DNA from: Catajapyx aquilonaris
Taxonomy: Eukaryota
DNA: 64,000 bases
Assembly: GCA_000934665.2 (NCBI GenBank)
Contig: KZ538314.1
Span: forward strand, 1 to 64,000
Reading direction: 5' to 3'
Under the pieces are notes generated by a model. That model was not told the origin of the DNA. It saw only the letters and a program-made list of their open reading frames with translations, and did no database searches. Position 1 is the first letter of the stretch. Each line of letters begins with the position of its first letter. The translations under genes and the position numbers were made by a program. Shown piece after piece: positions 37,917 through 50,916 of this stretch.

Positions 37917-40900
37917 CTGAAACGGGAAATAAGAATATTATTTTTTTAACCTTGAATCGTTACGTCCACTCTGGACATTTTGCACAACTTCCAGACATAT
38001 GGTTTGTATGCCACATGGCTCCGTGGCTCATGAATTATGCTACTTGCCAGACGTTCCACTTGAACACTGGAAATCAATAAGGGGACACATTTAAACATTT
38101 TTTTTTTCTTCACTTTACAACCAGCTGCAGTATATACCACTTGAAAGGCATTAGTGTTAAGAGCTGCAGGGGACTTCTCTTTTGCGTTGAAGATTTTGTT
38201 TGTACAAAACTTTGAGAGGTGTCTCTGAAAGGAAATTAGGCCTGAGCTTAAAGAGAACACCCACCTGATTTTGTTCATATTCTTAGTCATATTCTTACAT
38301 ATTGATCACCTTATGATGAATTACTTGAGGTAGTACCTTGTGGTTGTGTGTTAGCAAACGAGTTGAATACAGTGCGCACCGCAGTAACAAAGGTGCCGAT
38401 ATTGGATATTGTACAGTATACACACAGCTTAACTGAAGCGTGCGATCCGACCACCACAAAGTGGGCATTGTCCATTCTCGTAGGAGCTTTTATCGAATGC
38501 CGATTAATGTGTCGCAGGTGACAACAGTATCTGTAACTATTGCACGGGATGACACGAAACAGTAAAATGCGCAACCTCTATTATGTAAAAAAAAGTACTA
38601 TGGTATATTAATTTGCAATAAAGCGCGATATATTCAGTTTTGATGTGCAATTATAATGTCAATCTAATTAAAATGACAAGTCAGTTAGCCCATTTCGTCT
38701 CATCTTGGCGCACACTAATTTGAATAGACCCCGTCTGAAACCCGTATTCCGACCAAAAGGTAGTAGCTGCATTTGTAATTACGTCTCTATAGGATTGGGT
38801 GAAAGGAACCCCATTAATAGTCATCATTGGTTCTTAACGAAGTTACAAAGGCAACATCCAGACCTGCTGGAGTAGAACTTGCCGGCATATAATCCAACCT
38901 TCCCAGCAGTTTTCCTCGACGTTACAAACACTGCAAACTCAAGGCGTTGCCAATAGTCGCATTGAAAAATAAAACCGAATTTAGTCTAGCAGCGCATTCA
39001 TAACCGCCAAAGTGTGAGCATATATATCCCTACAAGTTTCTGCTTTGTCGGCCACTTTTAAGTAGAAACAAAACTTAAGTCGGCAATTTCATCCACTGTA
39101 ATATGCCCTGAAGGAACTGGAGCTGCTGTATAGTCAAACGAAGGCTAACGCAATCAGCCTGGAGTGCAGCGAATACATCCATTCTTTGAAGTGGCCACGC
39201 TTTAATTAGCCCAAGAAAAGCAAATAGACAAGGCTTTGGGGCAAGGTTGTTCAAAAAACCTTCAATAATACTTAAAATTCCCTTTTGGCTTATGCCGCTT
39301 ATGTGAATTGTAAAGAGAACTATACTTTTTTGCAATTTTGTAGCTGTGTTCAAATGACTTTCGGTCGTTTCATCAGTACGAATCAGTCATCTGACCCAAA
39401 GAGTCACTCTACGACAGGTTGCTAACAACTATTATGCGATTCACGAGTCCTGGCCTGTTAGGCTCCTCCCCCGTCCTCCGCCCTCTGAAGGCGAGGTTGC
39501 CACGTCCGCGTCCGCCATTGCCTCACACGCCTGCCAGGAGGATGGGGGAGAGCACTTGGCAGCAGTGGATCGCATTAGGGGGGACAACCAGNCAGGCCTG
39601 GAAATACGACGAACCACCTATCCCTTGTTGAGACCGAACCCCGCACCAATGGCTCCTACTCGCGAGAATCACGGCCTGATTTCTTCCGCCGCTGACGTTG
39701 GGAGGAGGTGGGTGGAGCCTAACAGGCCAGGACTAGTGAATCGCATAATAGCATTGTCCCCAGCTGTCTCACGACTCACTATACAACTATCATCTCCCAA
39801 GCCATCTGTTGTCAAAACTGCCAACTCTCAACTAATCCCATCTTGCGGATGGGGATGTCACCATCTATTGTCCTTCAGCTTGAAACATCAGCATCGGACA
39901 GAACCTCTCCGTATCTCCCAGCTCTGCCATTACTCCCGCTGTAAATTATTTATTCCCATCCAGGTTCCAGCCGGCCCCATTTTGTGACCCCACCGGGACC
40001 CACTGATGAGTCGCTAAGTGTTGGCCCCGGCCGCACAAGCAGACGGTTGTTTCGCAGTATAACGACGGACGCCACAAACCAAGCTTGAGTCCTCCTATGG
40101 GAAATCCGGTGGGCAAGACAGAAGCCGTGTCCTCCTTTATTAGGAGGTCACCCCCCGTGGACATCCGCCGCCTTATCATCTGGTGGAAGAACTGTCCCCT
40201 TTTCATCGTGACAAAAGGGAAGGCCTGAGGTGTATGGGAGCCATCTCCAGCCAGATAAGACGTGACTGGCAATTCCCTGCTCGCTGGCATTTGTCAGCCT
40301 ATCCTATCCTGTCCCCATCCGGCGCTTCTGGATATGGCACTTCCCATGCAAAATGCCCTCTCGTTTTGGGGACTACACGCCAACTATGTACACCAGAACG
40401 ATTTTCGTGCATGCGTTGCCTTTTTTCCCAGGGATCATGTCGAACCTTCCTGGGCAATTGAAATTCGTTACTAACTGTAAGTTGTTAGCAGCCAAATAAA
40501 ATTCGCGTCCATAAAATAACCAACGAAACAGTAGTTTCGAAAACAAACAAACCGCAGCCACGAATTATTTTTACCGCATTTCGACACAATTACACCCAGT
40601 GCCCGCTAAGTCAATATTTTACAACCCCCAGATCCAGTCCGTGATTATATGCCTGCAATTACCCACATTGCACCCGCCTGGGAGTGATCGAACAAGACCT
40701 CTGGTTAAATCTCTCAAAATGGACACCAGCCCTGGCAGCAATCGGGGGACCATTTATGTCACTAATTTGAGTTGATGTGGCAGGATGGCGAGCTCCCTTC
40801 CCACCCAGCTGTAATGTTGGATCAAAATCATGCACACAGGTGCATAAACAAAAGGTGAAGTTGGGTGTTATAGCGAAAGCACCTACATTCACGTGGACGG

Positions 40901-42593
40901 GTTATCGATCCCACAGAATTCGTTGGGTTGGTTGGTAGGAAGAGGGAGGGTTGGGGGGGTTAGACCTCAGTCCTAGTCCATTCTTATGGGGTCCAGGTTT
41001 CTTTTCTGACTAACGACGAGGTCCCGAGAGACAATGATGGCGCCACACTTCAACCTTTCACATGCAGACAAAGGGAGCTCTCGAGTGATCACTCTTGATC
41101 TGCGATCCGTGAAAAGGTTAGTCATGAGACACTTTGATTATCGGAAGGCACTCTTTGCGTACCAGTACCTTCTCCCAGGTGTCTTGGCCAGACTCGCCCT
41201 TAACTTAGCTAGGCAAAGCACTTGGGGTTGTCATATAACAAAATTTAACTGTCGCCTCTTGTTATCTATTCATGAGGGAATTTGCATCTCTTCTAAAAGC
41301 CTGGTTGCTTCGCACAGCGATAGGCGAAGGTTGAGAGTATTTCCATTAGCTTCAGAAATTAACCTGTGGCATGGGGCTGACAGCACCTATCTCCCGGAAA
41401 TTGCATCTTTACTGCGTAAGGTTCCTAATGTATCGCAGCCTCAATATGTCACTCACAATGTATAAACACTACAGGCAGAATTGATCTAAGTACAGTACAT
41501 GCGTGACGGAAAATTCACTCCAATGAGGCGTTGATCGAGATATGGGTTTTAGCCGAATTTCAGACGTAACTGCGACAGCTCGATGTATACCTACCGAGGT
41601 TGTCAGTTGAGAATTGCGCACAATAGCATGGTTCCGAACACAATTTCTGAAAGCAATACTGCACAAAATTGGACGGTAGCGTATCGTCATATAATAATTT
41701 ATTAAGGTTGGCCAATAAATAATAACTTAGTGCCGTAGTTGACATGCTGGAAAATTCCACTCTTTAAGGTATAAAGCTGACAAGACGAGTTGCACTGTAC
41801 ATGCAACCAGTCCCGAATTTGAAGTCAACCTCTAACGCCCCTTACATGCAATTGATAGCAAAGCAAAATACTAAAAACATCTGCGGAACTATACAGTACA
41901 TATGCCATTCAGAAAGATTAATAGCCATGTTTCCCTCGAGCTGTATAAGCTAACACTTATTCGACTTTATTCTGCCCCCGAAATAAATTTGAAAGGAGCT
42001 GTCTTTCAGAACAGAATTAGAGATTTGTAGGTGGTGGCCCCGAGACTGGTTTGGAGGCTGCGATAGAGGGAACCCTCCCTTTGTTTGGTCTTCGTCTCAG
42101 CCCTAGGAAAAGAAATTGCTTCTGAAGTCTGCAACCTCGCGCCTTTTTGCCGCCGTATTGGGATTCAGAAACCTTCCTTTTCCTTCCTCCAAATGCTGGA
42201 AATCTTCCAATCCATCCAGCAACAACACCCCCCAAAAACTTACAGCCAGCCAGCCTGGCCCGTCTGCCTGCCTTTCCCCTTCCGACGACGACGACGACGC
42301 CGAGGACGCCAAGCTCAAAGTTTTTAATAAAGTGTTGCCCTCGACGTGAGATGATCCCAACTTCTTTTTTTCTTTACTTCTAACGGGTCTGCTGGCGGAC
42401 AAACTGCGCCATTTCTCCACTGCAGAGAAATGCAGGATATTGGCCCCACTCTGGCACACCCATCAACACTCAGCAATTGCACTTTCTTCAGCTTCTATAT
42501 TGCACAACATGGCCATTGCATCACAACTGCCAAAAACATTACTATCTATAATATTAAAATTCTTCTGATTGGCCCCTGTTCTGCCCCTGCGCA

Positions 42594-42708
42594 ATGGGAG
42601 GAGGCAGCGCCTCTGGTGGATGGGTGGAGGCAGCGCCTCTGGTGGATGGGAGGAGGCAGCGCCTATGGTGGATGGGAGGAGGCAGAACCGCTGGTGTATG
42701 GGAGGAGG
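42594..42708. repeat. 26-bp GC-rich minisatellite, ~4.4 copies
   Basis: Unit ATGGGAGGAGGCAGCGCCTCTGGTGG starts at 42594, 42620, 42646, 42672 and 42698. Confidence 0.95.
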
Positions 42709-45700
42709 AACTAGTATTATTTAAAAATCACGGGTCGATATATCACATTTATGCAAGGCTGCTGCCATTTGCACTATTACAATCTCCGACGTTCTCCACA
42801 AAAACATTTTACGAGTTATTTTTCCAGCTAGCCTTGGCTCTACAGCGTCTCTTTGAAACCTCATTTCCTTCGACGTTACAGACAGTCTCGAGTGTGCACT
42901 CGACTGTGACAAAAGCAGTACATTCTGGTCAAGCCCCATTTCATGCTCTAATGTGTACAACGCAACCCTCATTTTTTCCCTACTTCCTTCAGGCAGTTTC
43001 AGCCATAAAATTATCCAGGAGCTCATTACCAGCCAAAAGGTTTTTGAAAAGAGAAGAAAAAAAACCTATACTTTTTCCGCATTGGGCCAGATAAGGATGC
43101 GAGCTCCGTTTAATTTTCAATAACTCAGACCTCTCTGGGCTACTACTCCAATTCAGTACCGGCAGTTATGTAAATCGTGAAGGCGCAGCTTCGGCACGTT
43201 CCTTTTGCTTCCCGTCGAGCCGAGAGGAAAACTCGGAGAAAAAGGCAAGATGACGGGGAGGAAGACTGCCAGAGAGAAAGGGATATCTAATGGAGTTCCC
43301 TTTTTGCCCGGGTCTTGTTAAGGAGGGAGAAATAACAAGTCCGGAGGAAAAGCCATGAAATATTGAGCACCGCGGAGGATCAAAAGGAATTAGGCAACCG
43401 CAGGGTCTTGATGACTAAACCTATTTGGGGAAGATAGTCTCAGAATTCAACCTCATTTTCTCAGCCGAGGAAATACCGTCGTCACACAGTCTTGCTGGAA
43501 TTGGAAATAAATTACAGCACCAGAACAAAGGGAGTGCCTTGAAACTATAGCTATACTACAGCTCCACAATTAGAAGGTGTGAAAATCCAGGTATCTGTAG
43601 AAAAAGAGTGGTTGCCTCAGCAAAAAGCCGCCACCTAAAGGCTCCGGTTCAAATGCTCGCTTAATGCCCTCGGGGGAAATCAAGACAAAGAGGCTTAAGG
43701 GGAATATTTTCTTTCCAACAACAAAAAAAACAAGGAGGTATCACTAACGAAAAAAAAGGGTCGAAGATACGAAACCCGAGGTGGAAAAGGTGCTCAATTT
43801 GAAGTTATGCTTGTCTTTCTGAAGGGCCAAGTTTGAAGCAAACACACCCAAGGCACCCTGTAAAAATCCATCGAAAGTCTATGCAAACATAACTTATATT
43901 GCAACCCACGTTTCCTTCCCCCACAAAATTTCCCAAGCACGAGCCAGGGCGATAATCCGCAATAATCGCGATGGTTACAAATGACCAAGGCAGCACATGA
44001 GAGGCCAGAAAATTCCGCCTGCAGCAAATAACCGGCACGTAGTCTAGCTCTCATTAGTAAGTAAGTTACACGATCTGCCACCCGGATCCAAAGGGATGGA
44101 AGAGTCGCCCGTATTAATCCCCACATGATTTGAGCTTTCATTAAGGCAACACGATTTGACTAAACGAATTCACGACGTGACTCCCTGACAAATGATCCTG
44201 GATTTGTAAGGAAGTGTCCGAAGAATTTTGATCACATCTTGGATTATCCTGGTGGTTAGATGACCAAACTGTCTGGAGTGCTCTGGTTGCTTAGCAGCAA
44301 GGCGCTATGGCTAGTTATTAATAACACTAGGGAAAACAGCTAAGAAAGTGTGGAGCGGTGCTACCCTGGATAATGGCTCACATCATTGCTTATTCAGGAG
44401 GTGGTAGGTTGCATAATTGCATTGTGGAGCCCTCTTCACCCTAGTCCTTTGCTGCCTCTGCCAGGCAAGCCGGGCACTCCAAAATCCCTCGCTCAACATG
44501 GCCATGCTACCAGATTATACGCTAATTGCCCTTACGCTTGACTCGGTTCCAGTCGGCGATGAGATTAGAATGGACTGTTGCCGACAAGAATGCGCCCTCC
44601 AGCCCAGCCCACTAGACTAGCCAATCTCCAAGACCAAACCTTATTTCCACACCTTATGGTTCGTTACGCGCGTTTGCTGATTGGGAACCGACATGCAGAA
44701 GGGACGCTTAACCCTTCCCAATGCGATTTGGAGGCAGGTGTTGGACCAACTCGAGTGTAACAGTTGGCCAAACAATGTGTCCAATGAATTTTTGTTTCAA
44801 TTTGTCGTAATTGCATTCTTGCAAAATTGCTTACAAGCGGAGTGAAAATAGCTGTAAAGTCCTTTGCGGCTTTTACACCTTCGAATCGGATTATGCAGCA
44901 TTCGACCCGCATTAATCTCCCTCCATCTCCCCCCAAGTACTTCTATCGATTTTAACCCCGTGTGTTATTGCAAGCAGGGTCACAATAGCTTACAATAAAC
45001 GATGCAGATGTGCAAAGGAAAACGTTGCGCAGTCGGTCACGTCCTTTGCATTAGACCTACGATAAAAAGGGCAGTATATGCCAACGATACATCCGCAATA
45101 TACCTTTTGTGCCAATTCTACTCAGAGATAAGAAGCATTTCGCAATGTCAGCGAAATGGGCTGGCAGCGAATTTTTTTTCATACGGGCAAATATTGTGTT
45201 GTATGTAGATGACCTATAAGCTTTAGCTGGGCTGGGGAAAGAGCAAGCGAAAATAGCCACCATGCAGGTAGATCTATTTTTGCACTAGAGTCCAGCTAAA
45301 ATAACAATCCTAATTATATGACAACATTGCTATAGGAATGAATGTTTTCATTTCTAATGCATTTTGTGTGAAGGTTACATTGCGAGTGGCCAGGTTCCCT
45401 CATTAAATTTACAAGGTAATGAATGATTTGATATTCTACTCTGCAGGCGCTTTTGCTTCAAATTTAGCCAAAATTACGGGCGCCGAGTAAAACACTTTGG
45501 AAGCATGTGGTGTCCGACGGTTTTTATCAGGCGCTTAAGGAGTCGGACCATAAAATAAGTTTATTAAATGCCTGCAGGAGAGGCATACTTTGCATGCATG
45601 CCACGTACGAAACAAACTCTCTCGGGCACCAAATGGCACTATTAAGTTTCAAATTAGCCATGAAACTAGGCGTAAACCTCCTTTTACTTCTGAATCTGCT

Positions 45701-48700
45701 TTGAGAATTTTAAATAAACTCTTTTTTCCAAGCAGCCAACGATTGTGATGGAAATTCGTCTGTAAAAAAACACTTTGAAAATTAGAAAGAATGCTCCCAA
45801 AGTTTACTCTTAGTTTACGGCAGAGTTGGTTGCATAAATGTTTTTAACTAGCCTTTTTTTCGGCATATCGTGCATGGCTTTTAAGTTGTGCATTCTCCAG
45901 GGTGCCTTTTCGAGCCGAAAAAAAATCCACACTTCATAACCCAGACCAGGCAAAAGTGAAATCAAGGAGTAAAAAAACTGCCAGGTGTAGCTTTTCCCAA
46001 CTTCATCAGTAGCACCTGATGCTATAGATTATTGTTGCCACGAAACTACTAAAGGTTGATATGTTGTCACACGCGACGGTGTCGTCTCTACAAGGTTGCG
46101 ATTGCTTCAATAATGCGCATATGCAAACAATGGGGGGCCCGGCAATAATAATTTCGCGGCGAACGGTCTGGTGGTGAAGATAAAGTCGTGTTATGATTAA
46201 CACATGAGCAGTCAATGAAAGGCTTCAGAGAATTAATCAGCATTCCCCCATCCACCCCCAGTTATAAATGATGCGCAGAACAAAGACGACACATCCATCA
46301 GAGGACGATAATATGCTCGTGTCACAATTAATCTGTTAACCTGTAGTGTAACGTATCCCCTGAGCCACCAAGTTGATCCGTAAATTGATAGCTGATCTGA
46401 TGTTTTGCGTCCTCGTTACATAAACGAGCTCACTTTGTCACCGAGTACTACCCCCCCTTATCTCCTGTTGACACTTTATACCATCCGCTTCCGGCCCTGT
46501 AAGCACCAGAACAATTTTCACCCTCCAGTGCTGGATGAGATAACACTGAAAAAATACCTGGAGGAGTCCAATCCATTTGGGCAATGTCCAGCATACATAT
46601 AGGAGACGCAGTTCATCTACGACCCGATGGTTGCTAACCAACTGCATCAATCAATGAGGAACAATTGGCTGAACCCTGACATTTGGAATTACACTGCGTT
46701 ATAACAGCGTCATTGGGGTACATAATGACCTATATTAAATGGGTCTCCCTCTCTTCCACTAAATCCGCTTTTGGGCCTATTATCTACCGTGCATGTTGAC
46801 GCCTTGGGCGTAGCTCACAGTGCCTTCAATTCCTCTCCATCAGCAGTTATTGAAATGGCTCGATATTAATACGGTCCCCACTGGCAATTTCCATTACATA
46901 TTCCGGCTCTAATATTGCTTCAATCATGCTCCGGTGCAAAAAATACAGCATTATTACAGTTACTAACGGACTTGCCCATAATTTTTTTTTCAATAATGAA
47001 CAGTCCATTATGATTTTTTGGGCGTCGGCCTTTGAATTATCCGGGTGTCCACGAAGTTACAAGCGTATAGATAGTGCGTCGTCTGGAAGACACCACGTAC
47101 ACCCATAAAGCTGTAGGCAAGCCGGCAGAGACGGACTTTGGGGAGTTTTTATCGCTGCTCATATCCGGACCCCCCGCAAATCTCCTGCCCGTAGACCACG
47201 AAAAACCCCCACAACCCGGGGCTCGTCTATCGGAAAATAATCAGCTCTAAGAGCTTTTTCTTGGAAGGGGGGTTCTGGTCATGATGCTGAAACTGTGCCT
47301 TCTCTTCACGACAGGATGTATGGATGGGCCTGCTCACCCGAGCCTGCACATGGCATTCCTTATCCGATAGTACATCTAACCGTTCAAAACACTATTAGGC
47401 GGAACAACAGCTTAGAGAGTCGTAAAAAACGTACCAACACTGTGCAATATGGGTTCATTACTAACGTATCTGTTTTCAATTCCGGTGCGTAACCATATTC
47501 CGTGTCCACCATTGTCGATAGTGAAACTATATCAGGACAGCTATTGATTGCCGCTGTTGACATAATATGATATTGATTTGATGTCTACCTGCAGTATTGG
47601 GAAAGCAATGTTCTTTAAATAATGCCGACGCTGGACAACCCCTGAAATCAATGTTTTAAAAATATCAACCGGACACTGCCCGTGAAACCGTGTCCGGGCT
47701 AGTCATTCTCACATTAGCATGTAATAAATGAGCAACTCGCCACCGTTTGTTAGTTACAGGATTAGAGGCGCTAAGCAATGGCGCAGCTCGTTGTGCACCC
47801 CGTTACTAGCTCGTATATACAACCAGATAGGGCTGGAATCGTCTCAGTGGCAATTCGTAGCGGAATGCAACCCGCTGTAATTAAACAAACATTTGGAGAA
47901 CAGCAGCGCCACCAGACATAAACATCCAAACAAAACGACCAGCCCTTTCCAAACGGAGCTACACCACTGCAATTTGTGATCGCAGCCAAAAGCACGGTCA
48001 GTCGAGTATGGCCTACTGCCACAATATACTGCTAGTCATCTAGAGTAATTGAGTACGTTCGAGCCATGTATATCGACGCGTGCTGTACTGTACCGCCTTC
48101 ATCAGTACTGTAGCCCTATTCATTATTATTAACTCGCCTTAGGTGTTAGCCAATCAGAAGCCGAGTTATTTTGCGTCGTTCCAAGCTGACTACATCTCTT
48201 TTAATGCTTAAGACTTTAAGTGAGCAGCTCATTAGATTTGGCCAACACCTGACTCATATTGTGTAGATGCTGGAATATACTTTGTTTGAGTTGAGGAGTT
48301 GGGTGTAATCTAGGGCGCAAGATTTAATTACAGGGCTTCAATTTATAATTCATGTTAGTTAGCAAGCCCCCGGGGTAATATTAAAAGCACCTGGGGTAAT
48401 ATCGAACTGTTGTTAATGAGTGACGAGTCTTTGGCGAAGTTTCCCACGCGCTTCTTAAGAAACTAGATTGCTTCATAGGAATCGATACGTTTTCTTGTAC
48501 ACGCATCCAAAATTCTCACTTCAAGACTAGTGTTAGGAGGATGGGGGTATGGGAGTGTGAAGATGAGGTGATCCATAACTCCAGCCGAGCATGTGAACGG
48601 TGGTAATGGGTACATGGGAACTCCTCACATGGGATACGCTTCAGGTACTACGGACTTCGTGCTCTGCTGAGCAGGGCAACAACACTTTTGGCTCCCATTT

Positions 48701-50845
48701 TCTTGCCAAGTTTATTTTTTTTGAACACGGTCGTGTATAGGTGGGTGATTTTAAAAAATCCCAATCGAATTATAGCTGCATAGCTATTGTATTCAAAAAA
48801 TAAATAATTGGTGGTGAAAGAGTGCATGTCAATTTCTCTACGCCAGCATTTTTTCAGAATGTCACATATTCTGCTCACGAGGCGCAGATTAATATTTTAC
48901 TCGCATTCCCCTATGTCGCATTACAAATGAAAAGCAATGTTTACATCATAAAGTGCTCACCGCCTGCTACTGTAACTGGCATTACAGAAAGGATTTATAA
49001 AACAGGGCAGCTGTGTTCCATAACCAATGGCACATTCCATTAGACAAATAAGCCTGACGCCTACACTTATAAATAATGTATACTGTTATGGACTTGAAAC
49101 AAAAAGCCCATAAATAATACGCCCATGTAGTACATGCTTTTAATATTGAAGCTACCCATATGCCAACGAGAAATTTTCGGCAATCTCCATCATAAATCTA
49201 AATTAAGATCCAAATTGCCAACAGCCAAATCTCCATCATCACTAATTTCCGGCTCCGTTACAATTTTTGCACCGAACAGATTTTTCGCAAAATCCGAAGG
49301 ATACTGCTCCCTCTCTTGAAAACCCCGTTTTTTTTTACATGAACCCTTTTTTAATCCGGAACATGAATGCAAAATTTCCAGTCAACCGAGCGTGCATTTT
49401 TCTTATCCTCCCCAGAGCATATTTCACGGAATGAACCAACTGAGGGGGATCCCCTGGAGCAAAGCCCAGTCCTGGGACTTGACAATGTGGAAATCAGTGC
49501 TCCACCAGAGGACTCTAACAGGACTAATGCATTAGGCCATCCTTGGCCGACATTTATGCGACAGGTGACATTGGTCGAGATTACTTGCTTACGGAAAATC
49601 GAGGCTGCCATTATTTAGAAGAGAGGTGGGGACAAGTTGGGGGGGCATGAGGGAAAACGTATTATAATTGCCTCCAAATCTCATTTTGCTTTTTGGCAAA
49701 GTGCCTCGTATTAGCGCAATTGAAGATAATCTCATTGCGAGTCAGAAGGTAACAGGAGGGCCCGCGGCGAAGCGAGTTCAAAATGAATGCTTATCGTGTT
49801 AATTGGCCTAATTAGGGCACTTTCTCATCGGTTAAAATTGCGTTGCAGCCTCCGGTGCGAGGTGTCTTCATCATCAGGAAGCTAAAGAGGTCGATGTCTG
49901 CAATTATTTCACCGAGGAATTTTCCAGCCAAAATGTAAAAAGGAGGGTGACATGTGGGTGCCAGATCATTACGATTCAAAAGGCGATACGAGGACGTATG
50001 AATTATGCAGAGGGTGTAATTTAGTTCAGGTTATAGGTACTTGTCATTTCATAAACGCAAACACGCAATGGCACAAAAGAGTGGCAATTTGGCAAAGTTT
50101 GGTCAGCCGCTTTCGAAAGTTTGTGCTAAAATTAAAACGAGTTCAGAATATGATTAGTTGCTAATTGGCTAGTTTTGAATTATTGCTGAATTATGGATTA
50201 GCTGCGTTAACTAGGTGTAAGTTTGCTCGTTGAGCTCATTCGTATCGGTGGAAATCTGGTGCAGTCAGGGTGCCAATCTTGTGGACACATGTGGTTTCAC
50301 GTCAGAAGAGTACCTTCAAAGGTTTTCCATAAGGTCTTATCATAGTTGGATAGCTATTCCCAGCCACTGCCTCAAGTCGCTCCATTTGATCCGGTGGCTC
50401 CCTGGCCACTTTATGCCATGCTTGGAAATCCCTGCTACAATCCCACCGCTAAACTCAACAACGTAGGGCATTCCATTGATTTTCGAACTCACTTCCATGC
50501 TCCCCACCCACCTCATGTATATACAGTGGAAGCGAGGGCCTGCCTTTTCCCAACAAAGTGGGGAACCTGCTTTGACTCTCACTTCATTTCAGGTCCCCCC
50601 CCACAACAGAAATGTCACTCGACTTGTCAACACTCATTTCTGACTCTCAAACTTCATAACGTTCCAATTCTGCTGGTGCAATTTGATGGAATCAATGGGC
50701 CAAGTGCTGTTGCCCCCAACAAAATTTACATTGCAGCCGATTGCAGCTCTGTGATAATGCGACGGATTAATAGAGTATTATGAAGTATGATGACAGCCGG
50801 ATTTGCAACACATTCGCATGTGAAAATATTGATAAGACATCAATC

Positions 50846-50916
50846 CGGTATCCGGACTTTTCGCCCCCGCCGTTTCGCCCCCGGACTTTTGGTCCCCGGC
50901 ATATTGGCCCCCGTGA
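50846..50916 (+). mobile_element. Terminal fragment of the same element family, copy 2
   Basis: CGGTATCCGGACTTTTCGCCCCCGCCGTTTCGCCCCCGGACTTTTGGTCCCCGGCATATTGGCCCCCGTGA, with one fewer 15-bp unit than copy 1. Confidence 0.65.

Noticed and set aside
41846..41870. 25-nt AG..GT segment, same length as exon 2
   Set aside because: It encodes LFCFAINCM with no homology and loses the conserved Trp. It shows that chance microexon-like matches occur in these introns.
42594..42708. CRISPR array
   Set aside because: The repeats are contiguous without unique spacers, in a eukaryotic intron with no cas genes.
46570..46583. 14-nt identity to exon 3 (CPNGL) followed by CAG|GTAT, as a duplicated mutually exclusive exon
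   Set aside because: It lies upstream of exon 2 (wrong order), the donor is out of frame by 1 nt, and similarity does not extend.
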